This document shows positions 24,039 through 33,929 of a DNA stretch of 37,250 nucleotides, in pieces. Source of the stretch: Kiritimatiellia bacterium. Its GTDB lineage: Bacteria > Verrucomicrobiota > Kiritimatiellia > RFP12 > JAAYNR01. Both the position numbers and the translations under genes were made by a program. The stretch's first letter is position 1. Each line of letters starts with the position of its first letter. Where the stretch lies: assembly GCA_044343885.1 (NCBI GenBank), contig JBIJDW010000002.1:1-37250 (forward strand). Reading direction: 5' to 3'. Under the pieces are notes generated by a model. The model saw only the letters and a list, made by a program, of their open reading frames with translations. It was not told the origin of the DNA and made no database searches.

Positions 24039-25081
24039 AACAGCCTCCGGAGGGTGAGCATGCCGAGGGTGAGCGCGGCACAGATGAGCATCGCGCCAGC
24101 GAGGAGAGGCCACACAAACCATTCGTGATACCGCATCAGAATCTGGCGGTCGACGCGGGTGGTCTCCAAACGGCCGATCTCGTCGAGGGCTGTCTTGAGG
24201 CCACCGGGATCACGCACGTTGAAATAGCGGGCGCCCGTGGCGCTGGCGATGGCGCGGAGCTGGGTCTCGTCGAGGCTCACATCGCCCCAGCCGATCACCG
24301 AGCGCCCGAAAACGTCACGCGTGCGGAACGGGGCACGACCGGTGCTGCCCACGCCGATGGTGTAGACACGGATGCCGAGTTTTTTGGCCGCTTCGGCAGC
24401 TTGTTCAGGAGTGATGATACCCGTGTTGGATTCGCCGTCGCTCAACAAGACAACAATTCGGGTTTTAGGCTCGGAGTCGGTGAGACGGGCACAGGCCGTG
24501 GCCAGTCCGTCGCCGATGGCGGTGAGCAGTTCTTCCTGAGAAACCGGGCGGCCCTGGTCGTCCATGTCAGCGGTTGGAACTTTGACCCCGTTCAAGACGT
24601 GCAGCAGCGCGCGATGGTCGGCGGTGAGCGGACTTCGGGTTGAGGCGTAGCCGCCGAAGGTGATGAGGGCGAGCAGGTCGTCGGGACGCTGGCGGATGAA
24701 TTCGGCAAAGGTCTCCTTCACGACATCGAGACGCGTTTTCTCGGTGACGGCACCAAGGGCCGAGCGTGGCGAAAGATCGAGCGCTTCCATCGAGCCGGAT
24801 ATGTCCACGGTCATGGCAATGGCGATCGCGTCGACCGTGCGGCGTTCGCGAGCGATAAACGTCTGGGGACGCGCGGCGGCGATGATGAGACACGCGATCC
24901 CGGCGAGAAACAGGGCTGGCAGGATGCGCGATGCCCATACGCGCCAGCCCGCCGTCCGGATCGGCAGCCGCCGGATCGGCGCAAAAAGTATCCCCGCCCG
25001 CTCGCTGCGGCGGTAGAGACGCCAGAAAGCGAGGAGCCAGGGTATGAATAATAGAAAGGCTATGGGGTAGGCAAAGCGCAT
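24035..25081 (-). CDS. batA: BatA-like VWA-domain membrane protein
   Basis: 348-aa ORF with N-terminal TM helices (MRFAYPIAFLLFIPWLLAFW). The VWA MIDAS motif is IAMTVDISGSM. It has a VVLLSDGESNTG motif and a C-terminal TM. Its position after the DUF58/DUF4381 genes supports the call. Confidence 0.8.
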   Translation of the reverse strand: MRFAYPIAFLLFIPWLLAFWRLYRRSERAGILFAPIRRLPIRTAGWRVWASRILPALFLAGIACLIIAAARPQTFIARERRTVDAIAIAMTVDISGSMEALDLSPRSALGAVTEKTRLDVVKETFAEFIRQRPDDLLALITFGGYASTRSPLTADHRALLHVLNGVKVPTADMDDQGRPVSQEELLTAIGDGLATACARLTDSEPKTRIVVLLSDGESNTGIITPEQAAEAAKKLGIRVYTIGVGSTGRAPFRTRDVFGRSVIGWGDVSLDETQLRAIASATGARYFNVRDPGGLKTALDEIGRLETTRVDRQILMRYHEWFVWPLLAGAMLICAALTLGMLTLRRLL

Positions 25082-26019
25082 GGTGCCATCACAAATGATC
25101 GCGCAGCGGCGACGGCCGCATCGGCCAGGGCCGGCGTGGCCGTCTGACCGGCGAATTTAATCAGGTCGGATGATTCCAGAAAATCCCGGAGCTGTCCGAG
25201 TGTCGCGGCAGCAAAAGCCGGATGCGACACGGCGGCTGTGAGAAACTCCTCGGTGGTTTGTGCGGGGGCGTGGATGCCGTGCGTCCGCTCGATATAACGC
25301 CGGACAACGCCGGTCAGTTCAATATAGAAATCCTTGTAAAGCCCCTTTTCAACGAGCCGGCGGCGAAGGAGCCGCTCCAACTCGGCGAGTGCCCGCTCGC
25401 CGGGGGACAGGCGCGCCTCACGAACGCGGCGTTTGATATGAGTGAGACCCCACAGCGCAGCCGCAAGCAGGGCGGCTGCGGCAATGCCGATGAATACCCA
25501 GCCGGTGACGGTGCGGGCGGAGGGGGCGACGTAAACCGGTTTGGCGTCGAGTTCGAGATCGCCGTCGGTCTTGGGAGCGCGCGGGGCGGCAGGAAAATAA
25601 ACCGCGCGAGTGGCGAAGGAGGTGACAATCGACGGCACGCGGCGTGTGTCGGTGACGGTGACCGCAAACGGCGCAAGCCGGTATTCGCGCTCAAGCTCAG
25701 GGACGAGTCGCCAGCGGAATTCCCGGCGGACCCCGTCCGGTGTGACGACCGGATCACGGGCTAAATCCTCAGCGGTGGAAAACCCGGAGAAACGTCCGCG
25801 CAGATCGGGAAGGGTGACCGTGAGGTGAGCTGGCGCAGTGAGGACGAGCGTCAGCATAAAATCGCGCGATGGATCGACGGCATCGGACTCGGCGGCAAGG
25901 GTGAGCGAGACGTCGCCCCAGGAGAGATCGGCGGTGAAGGCGGCGCGGACGCTCGGCGCGGCAAGCGCGCAGGCAACGGCGACGGCGACGATGCAGAGTC
26001 TGCGTCCGAGCCGAGTCAT
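25060..26019 (-). CDS. DUF4381-like membrane protein (Bat-operon associated)
   Basis: 319-aa ORF with a signal peptide, an ectodomain and one TM (GWVFIGIAAAALLAAALWGL). The cytoplasmic tail is LYKDFYIELTGVVRRYIERTHGIHAPAQTTEEFL, typical of the protein found between DUF58 and BatA. An ATGA overlap links it to the DUF58 stop. Confidence 0.55.
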   Translation of the reverse strand: MTRLGRRLCIVAVAVACALAAPSVRAAFTADLSWGDVSLTLAAESDAVDPSRDFMLTLVLTAPAHLTVTLPDLRGRFSGFSTAEDLARDPVVTPDGVRREFRWRLVPELEREYRLAPFAVTVTDTRRVPSIVTSFATRAVYFPAAPRAPKTDGDLELDAKPVYVAPSARTVTGWVFIGIAAAALLAAALWGLTHIKRRVREARLSPGERALAELERLLRRRLVEKGLYKDFYIELTGVVRRYIERTHGIHAPAQTTEEFLTAAVSHPAFAAATLGQLRDFLESSDLIKFAGQTATPALADAAVAAARSFVMAPCALPTP

Positions 26020-26906
26020 GACGACCTCCTGGCGCGAGAGCGCCGACGCTGGAAGAGGGCGCGAACGTCGTCAATGTAGGGCCGTCCGGTGGACACATCG
26101 AGCGTGTCGATGCCCCAGCGTCGCAGGTTGCGATGCAGCTCGGCATCCACGGTCGACGCCTCGGCGGCGAAGGCATCCCGGACGGCGCGCGACGCGGTAT
26201 CCACGATGACCAGTTCGCCCGTTTCGGGATCCTGCATCTGGACGAGACCGACATTGGGCAACGTCGACTCGCGCGGATCGGAGACGGGGCAGGCGATCAC
26301 GTCATGATGGCGGGCTAGGGCACGCAGGGCGCGGTCGTAGCCGGTGTCCTGAAAGTCGGAGACGACGAAGACCACGGCGCGGCGCTTCTGGACATTGTTG
26401 AGAAAGCGGATGGCGCCAGCGATGTCGGTGCCGTGGCGAGTCTCTCCTGCGGCGAGCACTTCGCGCACGAGCCGCATCACGGCGGTCCGCCCTTTGCGCG
26501 GCGGTATGGATTTGACGATGCGGTCGCTGAAGAGGATGCACCCGATCTTGTCCTGATTGCGGATGGCGGTCATGGCGAGCAGGCTGGTGATTTCGGCGGT
26601 CAGCTCAGACTTGGTGCGGGTGGTGGACCCGAACACCTGCGAACCGGAGACATCCACGAGAAACATAATCGTCAATTCGCGCTCTTCCGAAAACCGTTTG
26701 ATGTGCGGGTGGCCGGTGCGGGCGGTGACGTTCCAGTCGATCGCCCGCACATCGTCGCCGGGAATATACGGACGCACTTCGTCAAACTCGATCCCCCGGC
26801 CCTTAAAGACCGAGTGATAATCGCCCGAAAGCCGGTCATCCAGCAGCCGCGTCGTGAGGATGCGGATGCCGGCGACCTGGGCCATGAGTTGTGCGGTGTC
26901 GAGCAT
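26016..26906 (-). CDS. DUF58 family protein (MoxR-associated VWA-like)
   Basis: 296-aa ORF carrying the classic DUF58 block GDYHSVFKGRGIEFDEVRPYIPGDDVRAIDWNVTAR. The VWA-like motif LVDVSGS follows. It lies immediately downstream of the MoxR ATPase. Confidence 0.85.
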   Translation of the reverse strand: MLDTAQLMAQVAGIRILTTRLLDDRLSGDYHSVFKGRGIEFDEVRPYIPGDDVRAIDWNVTARTGHPHIKRFSEERELTIMFLVDVSGSQVFGSTTRTKSELTAEITSLLAMTAIRNQDKIGCILFSDRIVKSIPPRKGRTAVMRLVREVLAAGETRHGTDIAGAIRFLNNVQKRRAVVFVVSDFQDTGYDRALRALARHHDVIACPVSDPRESTLPNVGLVQMQDPETGELVIVDTASRAVRDAFAAEASTVDAELHRNLRRWGIDTLDVSTGRPYIDDVRALFQRRRSRARRSS

Positions 26907-26935
26907 AGCTAAGAATGGAGACTGGAAACTGAGGA

Positions 26936-27919
26936 TCAGGGCACGGGGAGGGTTGAGAGGATTTTGGCGATGAGGGTGTCGGAGGTTTGTTCCTCGGCCT
27001 CAGCCTCGTAGGTGAGGAGAATGCGATGGCGGAGAATATCGGGGGCGATCTCCTTGACATCGAGTGGCGTGGCATAGGCGCGGCCGTGGAGCATGGCGTG
27101 GGCGCGGGCGGCCAGATTAAGGCACAGGGTGGCGCGCGGCGAAGCGCCCATCTGAATCTGGTTGGCCAGCGAATCAAGCTTGAACGCTTTGGGGTCGCGG
27201 GTCGCGAAGACAATATCGAGAATGTATTCGCCGACCTTCTCGTCGCAGTAAACCTGGTCGAAGACAGCGCGCAGCGTCGCGAGATCCTGGGCGGTGACAA
27301 CCTGTTTGGCCGCGACGGACTGCGCGGAGGTGAATCGGTTCATGATGCGGCGTTCGTCGTCACGCGAGGGATGCGTGAGCAGCACCTTCAGCATGAAGCG
27401 ATCGACCTGAGCCTCGGGCAGGGGATAGGTGCCCTCATGCTCGATCGGATTCTGCGTGGCCATGACGAGGAACGGAGCGGGCAGGGGATAGGTGGTGTCG
27501 CCAATCGTCACCTGATGCTCCTGCATGGCCTCGAGCAGGGCCGACTGCACCTTGGCGGGCGCGCGGTTAATCTCGTCGGCCAGCAACAGGTTGGTAAAAA
27601 CCGGCCCTTTACGCGGTAGAAACGACCCATCTTTGGGATTGTAAATAAGCGTGCCAATCACATCGGCGGGGAGGAGGTCAGGGGTGAAGGAGATGCGTTG
27701 GAACTGGAGTCCCAGCGTATCGGCGAGGGTGCGTATGGTGAGCGTCTTGGCGAGGCCGGGCACACCTTCGAGAAGAATGTGGCCTCCGGTAACCAGGGCG
27801 ATGAGCAGGCGGTCAACAAGACGTTCCTGCCCGACAATAACGGTGGCGACCTCTTGACGGATGCGCGTGACGGCGGCGGATTGATCGGCGATCAGCTTCG
27901 TAGTGGCTTGAATGTCCAT
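26936..27919 (-). CDS. moxR: MoxR-family AAA+ ATPase
   Basis: Walker A is ILLEGVPGLAKT, Walker B is LLLADEINRAPAKVQSALLEAMQE, and VMATQNPIEHEGTYPLPEAQVDRF is also present. I prefer the ATG at 27919 (MDIQATTKLI). The ORF track's 51-aa Pro/Arg-rich extension overlaps the DUF4340 gene. Confidence 0.9.
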   Translation of the reverse strand: MDIQATTKLIADQSAAVTRIRQEVATVIVGQERLVDRLLIALVTGGHILLEGVPGLAKTLTIRTLADTLGLQFQRISFTPDLLPADVIGTLIYNPKDGSFLPRKGPVFTNLLLADEINRAPAKVQSALLEAMQEHQVTIGDTTYPLPAPFLVMATQNPIEHEGTYPLPEAQVDRFMLKVLLTHPSRDDERRIMNRFTSAQSVAAKQVVTAQDLATLRAVFDQVYCDEKVGEYILDIVFATRDPKAFKLDSLANQIQMGASPRATLCLNLAARAHAMLHGRAYATPLDVKEIAPDILRHRILLTYEAEAEEQTSDTLIAKILSTLPVP

Positions 27920-27983
27920 GGTGGGCCTTTCGGGTTTGGATGGGTGGCAGCAATTGAGGGCGAGCACGCGGCCCGCCCGCACA

Positions 27984-29066
27984 TTAGGATTCGGCGGTGG
28001 GCTTTTCAGGAGCGGGTTCAGAAGGGGGATCCTTGGGTGCAGGCGGCGTAGGCGCCTGGATAAAAGAGGCACGGGAACGAGTCATGCTGTCGGCGTTCCA
28101 GGATGAGATCAAAAAGAGCCAGGGGCTAACCGATTGGTTACGCTCGGCCGCCTGTTGCGTCACCGACGCGCGTTCGGCGGCGTTGGTGGAGACCGGTTGC
28201 GCGCTCACGGCGAGCCGGAGATAGCGGTCGCTGCGATTCGGCGCGGCGGCACCGATGCGGGCGGCATAGATCGTGCCGTCAGTGGTGCTCACGGTGAAGG
28301 TGTGGCCCGTGGCCATGCCGGTCTGCACATCGGTAAGCGCGGGGTCGGCGAGATCGGCAAACCGGAGATTGCCCAGAGCGGATTCGACACCGGACACTTT
28401 CGAATCGTCACAGGATTCGCCTGCTGCAAGCCCGGTGAGCGTGAGCGCACCCGACACACGATCCAGGGTCACGGCGCCGTCCGGACCGGAGAGCACGACC
28501 TTGGCGATGTCGGCACCCGGCACGTTCAGCACTTCGGTGTTGACCCATGTCTTGCCATCGGGTTCAAGGGCGCTCAACGAATCTTTGACGAGAAAGACCG
28601 TGTCGTTGGCATTGGCTGAAACCGACCGGCCATCGGGCATGTCCCATCCATATTGCGCGTTGGGCTTGGTGCGGACCTCTCCCAGACGGATAGAAGCGAG
28701 CGGTTTTCCGCGTTCATCCTGGAGATCGACGAGGGTGGCGTTGGTGCTGTCAATCCGCGCGCCCCGTTGGACGGCGCCGATCTTGAGATCGCGCAGGGCG
28801 AGCAGATTCTCGCGAATCTTGGCGACGTCGGCCGGGTAATTGTAGAGAGACGACACGACCCATCCGTCATCGGTATTCGCCAACGTGACAGTCCTGCTCT
28901 GCTGAGCAATCTCGATGCGTCCGATGGCATTGATTGTTAAACCGGGCAGGACGGGCTTTCCGAGTTGCGCGGGGCTCCTCAGTTGACGCGATCGCCCCGT
29001 CCAGGAGGCCAGAAGCCCCAGAACGACGGCTGCGAGGACCAGACCAAACAATTTGTGTTTTTTCAT
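27984..29066 (-). CDS. DUF4340-like protein (GldG-associated)
   Basis: 360-aa ORF with an N-terminal anchor (MKKHKLFGLVLAAVVLGLLA). The repeated beta-rich segments are typical of DUF4340 proteins encoded after GldG-like genes. The C-terminal tail is Pro-rich. Confidence 0.6.
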   Translation of the reverse strand: MKKHKLFGLVLAAVVLGLLASWTGRSRQLRSPAQLGKPVLPGLTINAIGRIEIAQQSRTVTLANTDDGWVVSSLYNYPADVAKIRENLLALRDLKIGAVQRGARIDSTNATLVDLQDERGKPLASIRLGEVRTKPNAQYGWDMPDGRSVSANANDTVFLVKDSLSALEPDGKTWVNTEVLNVPGADIAKVVLSGPDGAVTLDRVSGALTLTGLAAGESCDDSKVSGVESALGNLRFADLADPALTDVQTGMATGHTFTVSTTDGTIYAARIGAAAPNRSDRYLRLAVSAQPVSTNAAERASVTQQAAERNQSVSPWLFLISSWNADSMTRSRASFIQAPTPPAPKDPPSEPAPEKPTAES

Positions 29067-29102
29067 GATGGGTGTGTGTCTCCTGAATTTCGTTAAAACC
29101 GT

Positions 29103-31010
29103 CTAGCCGCGACGGCGGCGGAGAAATAACCGTATGAAGGATGCCCCTACAATCAGCGCGGGTATGAGTGCGATGTTGATCGATTTCACCCGAACACCCA
29201 GGTTTTCAATGTCGGCTCTGAGCGTCCGGCGAAGATCTTTGATCTGGCGATTGGTGACGCGTTCCTCCTCTTGAAATGCGGCAATGGCCTTCTCCTGATC
29301 GGCCGTGAGGATCGTGCGTTGTTTGCCTTGCTTCTGTTTTTGCATCTCGGCCAGGCGGGCGCGCGTCTCATCGAGCTTGAACTGCAACTCCTTCTCGGTC
29401 TCGCTCCATTTCATGAGCGCCTGATATTCCAGCTCGTCAACCACGGTGAAGGGGCGCGTGGAATTGCCGCGCGAGCGAATGGCGATCAGCTCGCTGCGCC
29501 CAGCGAGTTGCTCGACCGTGTTGGCCAGCAAGGCGAGATTATCATTGATCGCCTCGGTATTCTGGTATCCGAATATCGTGGAGGTGCGAACGCTCCAACT
29601 GTCGGTCAGGAAGTCCGAATCGCCAATCAGCACCACGGCGCCCGTTCCGGAAGTCAAGGGGGCTTTTGGCGACGGATCTGCGGGCTTCTTGGCGCCATCA
29701 GGATCGGGGGAATCGGCGGGCGCGCCTTCGGGAAAAGCCGTTTTGAACGTGCCCGCAAGCCGGACGGCCACGGCATGCTTCACGCCGTCGGACTTGAGTT
29801 GGTTGCGCAGCATGGCCGTGCCATATTGGGCGGACATCGCATCGACCAGACAGGCGTTGTCCGATGACGTGATCAACGGCGTAAAGGTGATCCCCTGCGC
29901 AACTTTGTCGGTGAACACGCCGGCAAACGGGAGAATCAGTTGCTTGATTGAGGCGGTAAGAACATCGGATGCGGCGACGTTCTTTTCGGAAAGCGACAAC
30001 ACGACGGGGTTTTCTTCGATGTTTCCCTTGCCGCCATCGAGCCGAGTGATGGCGCGCATGTCGGCCAGCACTTTGCCGGGATCGAATCCGACGCCCCACG
30101 CGTCCAGCAGTTTGCCCAGCGTGGAGGGGCCGGGGCCTCCGGGTCCCTGCATGCCCATCATCATACCCTGTGACTGGGCGGCTCGAAAATCCTGAATGCT
30201 GAAGGGGTCGAGGCAGGCCAGTAGGCGTCCGCCGCGAAGGACAAACTGATCGATGGCGAAGAGGGCCTGATTCGACAGGTTCTTCGGATGAACCAGCACC
30301 AGTGTGGTGATGTCGTCATCAATCCGGCCTGCGTCGGGAGTGACCGCGCGGAGCGTATAGTCGCGTTGCAGTTCGCCGAAGACGGCCCAAGTCGGTTCCG
30401 TCGGACGGTTGCGGCCCATCATCCGTTGCATGGGGTCGTTGCCGGCGCCGAGAACAGGGAACGGACTCATGACGCCAATAACCGGTTTCTCCGGCCATGC
30501 AACACGGGCGATGAGGCGGGAAACATCGTATTCCAGCGTGCGCTCCGTGGCGGGCGAGAAGGCCGGGATCGCATTCTCGCGGTCGCCGCAGACGGCAACC
30601 AGACCCAAATAGAACGGCGGAGCGTAGTGCGAGAGCGTTTGAGGGGCCACGCCAAATTTCTGTGCCCATTCCTCTTCGTCTGAGTCGGATTTGGGGTCAT
30701 AGGTCTCGATGATGATCCGTCCCTTCCCGGCCAATTCGTATTCGCGCAGGAAGTCCTGCACCTGACGCGCGTACATCTTGATCATGTTGGGAACATCGGG
30801 CGAGGACGTGCTGAAGTAGAATTTCAGCGTGACGTCCTGGGCGAGTTTGGAGACCAAGTCGCGTGAGCCGCGGGAGAGGGTGAAGAGCCGCTCCTCCGTG
30901 AGATCGGCGCGGATGCGCAGGTTAGTAATGATCACGCACGCGGCGCCCAGACTGACCAGCAGCAGTGCGAGACCCGCGACGCCTGAAGAGATTCGTTTGA
31001 AAGTATTCAT
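29103..31010 (-). CDS. GldG-like ABC-transporter auxiliary component
   Basis: Large ORF with TM anchors at both ends (GVAGLALLLVSLGAACVII; NIALIPALIVGASFI). The GldG-like N-terminus is LTEERLFTLSRGSRDLVSKLAQDVTLKFYFS. It follows an ABC-2 permease. I prefer the ATG at 31010 over the GTG at 31028 used by the ORF track. Confidence 0.7.
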   Translation of the reverse strand: MNTFKRISSGVAGLALLLVSLGAACVIITNLRIRADLTEERLFTLSRGSRDLVSKLAQDVTLKFYFSTSSPDVPNMIKMYARQVQDFLREYELAGKGRIIIETYDPKSDSDEEEWAQKFGVAPQTLSHYAPPFYLGLVAVCGDRENAIPAFSPATERTLEYDVSRLIARVAWPEKPVIGVMSPFPVLGAGNDPMQRMMGRNRPTEPTWAVFGELQRDYTLRAVTPDAGRIDDDITTLVLVHPKNLSNQALFAIDQFVLRGGRLLACLDPFSIQDFRAAQSQGMMMGMQGPGGPGPSTLGKLLDAWGVGFDPGKVLADMRAITRLDGGKGNIEENPVVLSLSEKNVAASDVLTASIKQLILPFAGVFTDKVAQGITFTPLITSSDNACLVDAMSAQYGTAMLRNQLKSDGVKHAVAVRLAGTFKTAFPEGAPADSPDPDGAKKPADPSPKAPLTSGTGAVVLIGDSDFLTDSWSVRTSTIFGYQNTEAINDNLALLANTVEQLAGRSELIAIRSRGNSTRPFTVVDELEYQALMKWSETEKELQFKLDETRARLAEMQKQKQGKQRTILTADQEKAIAAFQEEERVTNRQIKDLRRTLRADIENLGVRVKSINIALIPALIVGASFIRLFLRRRRG

Positions 31011-31042
31011 GGCAGTTGTCCAATACACGTTTGATGCAGGGG

Positions 31043-31766
31043 TTACGACGCCTTGCGGTTGTCAATGACCAGATGCGCGGCGGCGAGCATGAAGACGATC
31101 ACGCTCAGGTAGTAGGCGATGTCGGCTACGTCGAGGACGCCGCGGCACAGGGCGTTGAAGTGATAGAGAAGGCTGCACGCGGCGATGGCGTTGGCCAGCC
31201 ACGGCGCCCAGGAGGCAAACAGTCCGGTCACCGGCTCAAACCCCGCGAGCGTCAACAGGAGGCAGGCGCTGAGCGCCGCGACAAAACTGATGACCTGGCT
31301 TCGGGTGAGCGCCGAGGCGAAGGCACCGATGGCGACGCTGGCCCCGGCGAGCAGCAACGATCCCACATAGCCGCAGGCAATGGCTCCGAAATCGGGCGAT
31401 CCGAGCCAGCCGACCGTAAGGACAATCGGGAAGGTGCAGGCCAATCCGATAGCCATGAACGCCCAGGCGGCGAGAAACTTGCCGATCAGCGTCTCGGTGA
31501 GCGTCACCGGGAATGTCAGCAGCAACTCCAACGTTCCGGTGCGACGTTCCTCGGCCCACAGTCCCATCGTCGATGCGGGGACGAGCAGCAGGTAGACCCA
31601 CGGGTGCCACATGAAGAAACGCTCCAGTGAGGCCTGGCGATCCTCGTAGAAGGACGAGACGCGGAAGGTCAGAAAATTCACCAGAATCAGGAATGCGACC
31701 AGAAAAACGCACGCCACCGGTGAATGAAAATAAGCCCGGAACTCGCGCCGGAAGAGCGTTTGAATA

Positions 31767-31780
<14 letters not shown>
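31043..31780 (-). CDS. ABC-2 family transporter permease (GldF-like)
   Basis: 245-aa polytopic ORF. The N-terminus IQTLFRREFRAYFHSPVACVFLVAFLIL matches the GldF/ABC-2 pattern. Its start overlaps the ATPase gene end by 14 nt. Confidence 0.75.
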
Positions 31781-32510
<730 letters not shown>

Positions 32511-32557
32511 GATTCTCCTTGTAACGTGGAAACAAAAATTAACAGGGTTCGGAAAAG

Positions 32558-32574
32558 AGCAGAAAGTATGCCAT
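32558..32574 (-). promoter_or_regulatory. Sigma-54 (-24/-12) promoter upstream of the ABC-MoxR-Bat operon
   Basis: The reverse strand reads aTGGCATactttCTGCT. The GG and GC dinucleotides have canonical spacing (consensus TGGCAC-N5-TTGC). It lies about 48 nt upstream of the ABC ATPase ATG and directly downstream of a sigma-54 activator gene. Confidence 0.55.
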
Positions 32575-32582
32575 AGGTTGAT

Positions 32583-33929
32583 TCAGAATGGAAGGTTGTG
32601 TTCTTTGATCTTGCGCTGGATGGTGCGGGTGGAGATGCCGAGTTTCTCCGCAGTGAGGGTGCGATTGCCATCGCAGCGGGTGAGGGTTTGTTCGAGAACA
32701 AGGCGTTCAATGGCTGCGAGTGTGAGGTTCTCGGGATAGCCGGTGGCGACACGGGAAGCGGACTCGCCGGGAAGATTGAGGGCCTTGGCGCTCAAGTTTG
32801 GGCCGGAGGCTAGCAGAACGGCCGACTCGATGACGTTGCGCAGTTGGCGGATATTGCCCGGCCAGTCGTAGGCTTCGAGCCGGGCGTAAAAGGCGGGATC
32901 GATCCCGGTGATGGTATGTCCATGATCGGCCGCAGCACGGGCGATGAAGCGGTCGGCGAGGGGACGGATGTCTTCCCGGCGGCGGCGGAGGGGCGGCAGG
33001 GTGAGGGTGACAACGTTCAGGCGGTACAGCAGGTCTTCGCGGAACGCCCCTTCGGCGACACGTTCGGCCAGGTCCTTGTTGGATGCGGAAACGAGGCGGA
33101 CGTTGACGGCAAAGGGGTCGCGCCCGCCGACGCGGTGGATTTCGCGCTCCTCGATGGCGCGGAGAAGCTTGACCTGGACCGAGGGCGGGGCGTCGCCGAT
33201 TTCATCGAGAAAGAGCGTGCCGCCATCGGCCCGTTCGAAGGCGCCTGCGTGGCGGGCGAAGGCGCCGGTGAAGGCTCCCTTCTCATGGCCAAACAGCTCC
33301 GATTCGAGGAGCGACTCGGCAAAGGCGCCGCAGTTGACCGCGACAAAGGGGGCGTCGGCGCGCCGGCTGTCGGCGTGCAGCGCCCGGGCAACCAGCTCTT
33401 TTCCGGTTCCGGACTCGCCCTGGATCAGCACCGTCGCGGTGGTGTCGGCAATCGCCTCGATCTGGTGGATCACCGCCCGCATGGCGGGTGACTCGGCGAT
33501 CATCGTCGTGGCGGTGTACCGGGCTCGGGCCGAGACGGTGAGCGTGGTGACCTCGCGGCGCAGGCGGCTGGTCTCGGCGGCCCGGCGGAGCTTGGTCTGG
33601 ATGTCGTCGAGATCGAGCGGCTTGATCACGTAGTCATAGGCGCCGGCGCGCATCGCCTTGACGGATGACTCGACTGAGCCGTAGGCCGTCATGACCATCA
33701 CCGGGATGGCGGCGTTGATCCGCTTGATCCGGGTCAGCAGCTCGATGCCGTCGAAATCGGGCAGAACGAGATCGGTGAGCACGAGGTCGGGCGTCTGCTC
33801 GCGGAAGCATTCGAGGCCCTTCGCCGCAGTCCCGGCGAGCACAGTCGCGAATCCGGCGTCTTCAGCGGCGTCGGTCATGGAGCGCGCGCCGTCGGGATCA
33901 TCTTCAACAATCAGAATAACAGGCTTCAT
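32583..33929 (-). CDS. NtrC-family sigma-54-dependent response regulator
   Basis: The receiver domain has MKPVILIVEDDP and VLTDLVLPDFDG. The AAA+ sigma-54 interaction domain has GESGTGKE and ESELFGHEKGAFTGA. The C-terminal Fis-type HTH is TAEKLGISTRTIQRKIKEH. I prefer the ATG at 33929, which forms an ATGA overlap with the kinase stop. The ORF track's 81-aa Arg-rich extension is rejected. Confidence 0.9.
   Translation of the reverse strand: MKPVILIVEDDPDGARSMTDAAEDAGFATVLAGTAAKGLECFREQTPDLVLTDLVLPDFDGIELLTRIKRINAAIPVMVMTAYGSVESSVKAMRAGAYDYVIKPLDLDDIQTKLRRAAETSRLRREVTTLTVSARARYTATTMIAESPAMRAVIHQIEAIADTTATVLIQGESGTGKELVARALHADSRRADAPFVAVNCGAFAESLLESELFGHEKGAFTGAFARHAGAFERADGGTLFLDEIGDAPPSVQVKLLRAIEEREIHRVGGRDPFAVNVRLVSASNKDLAERVAEGAFREDLLYRLNVVTLTLPPLRRRREDIRPLADRFIARAAADHGHTITGIDPAFYARLEAYDWPGNIRQLRNVIESAVLLASGPNLSAKALNLPGESASRVATGYPENLTLAAIERLVLEQTLTRCDGNRTLTAEKLGISTRTIQRKIKEHNLPF

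Noticed and set aside
27920-28072. 51-aa N-terminal extension of the MoxR ORF
   Set aside because: It overlaps the DUF4340 gene end, is Pro/Arg/Leu-rich, and MoxR proteins normally begin close to the MDIQ... position. The same logic rejects the RR extension 33930-34172 and the small-protein extension 14417-14503.
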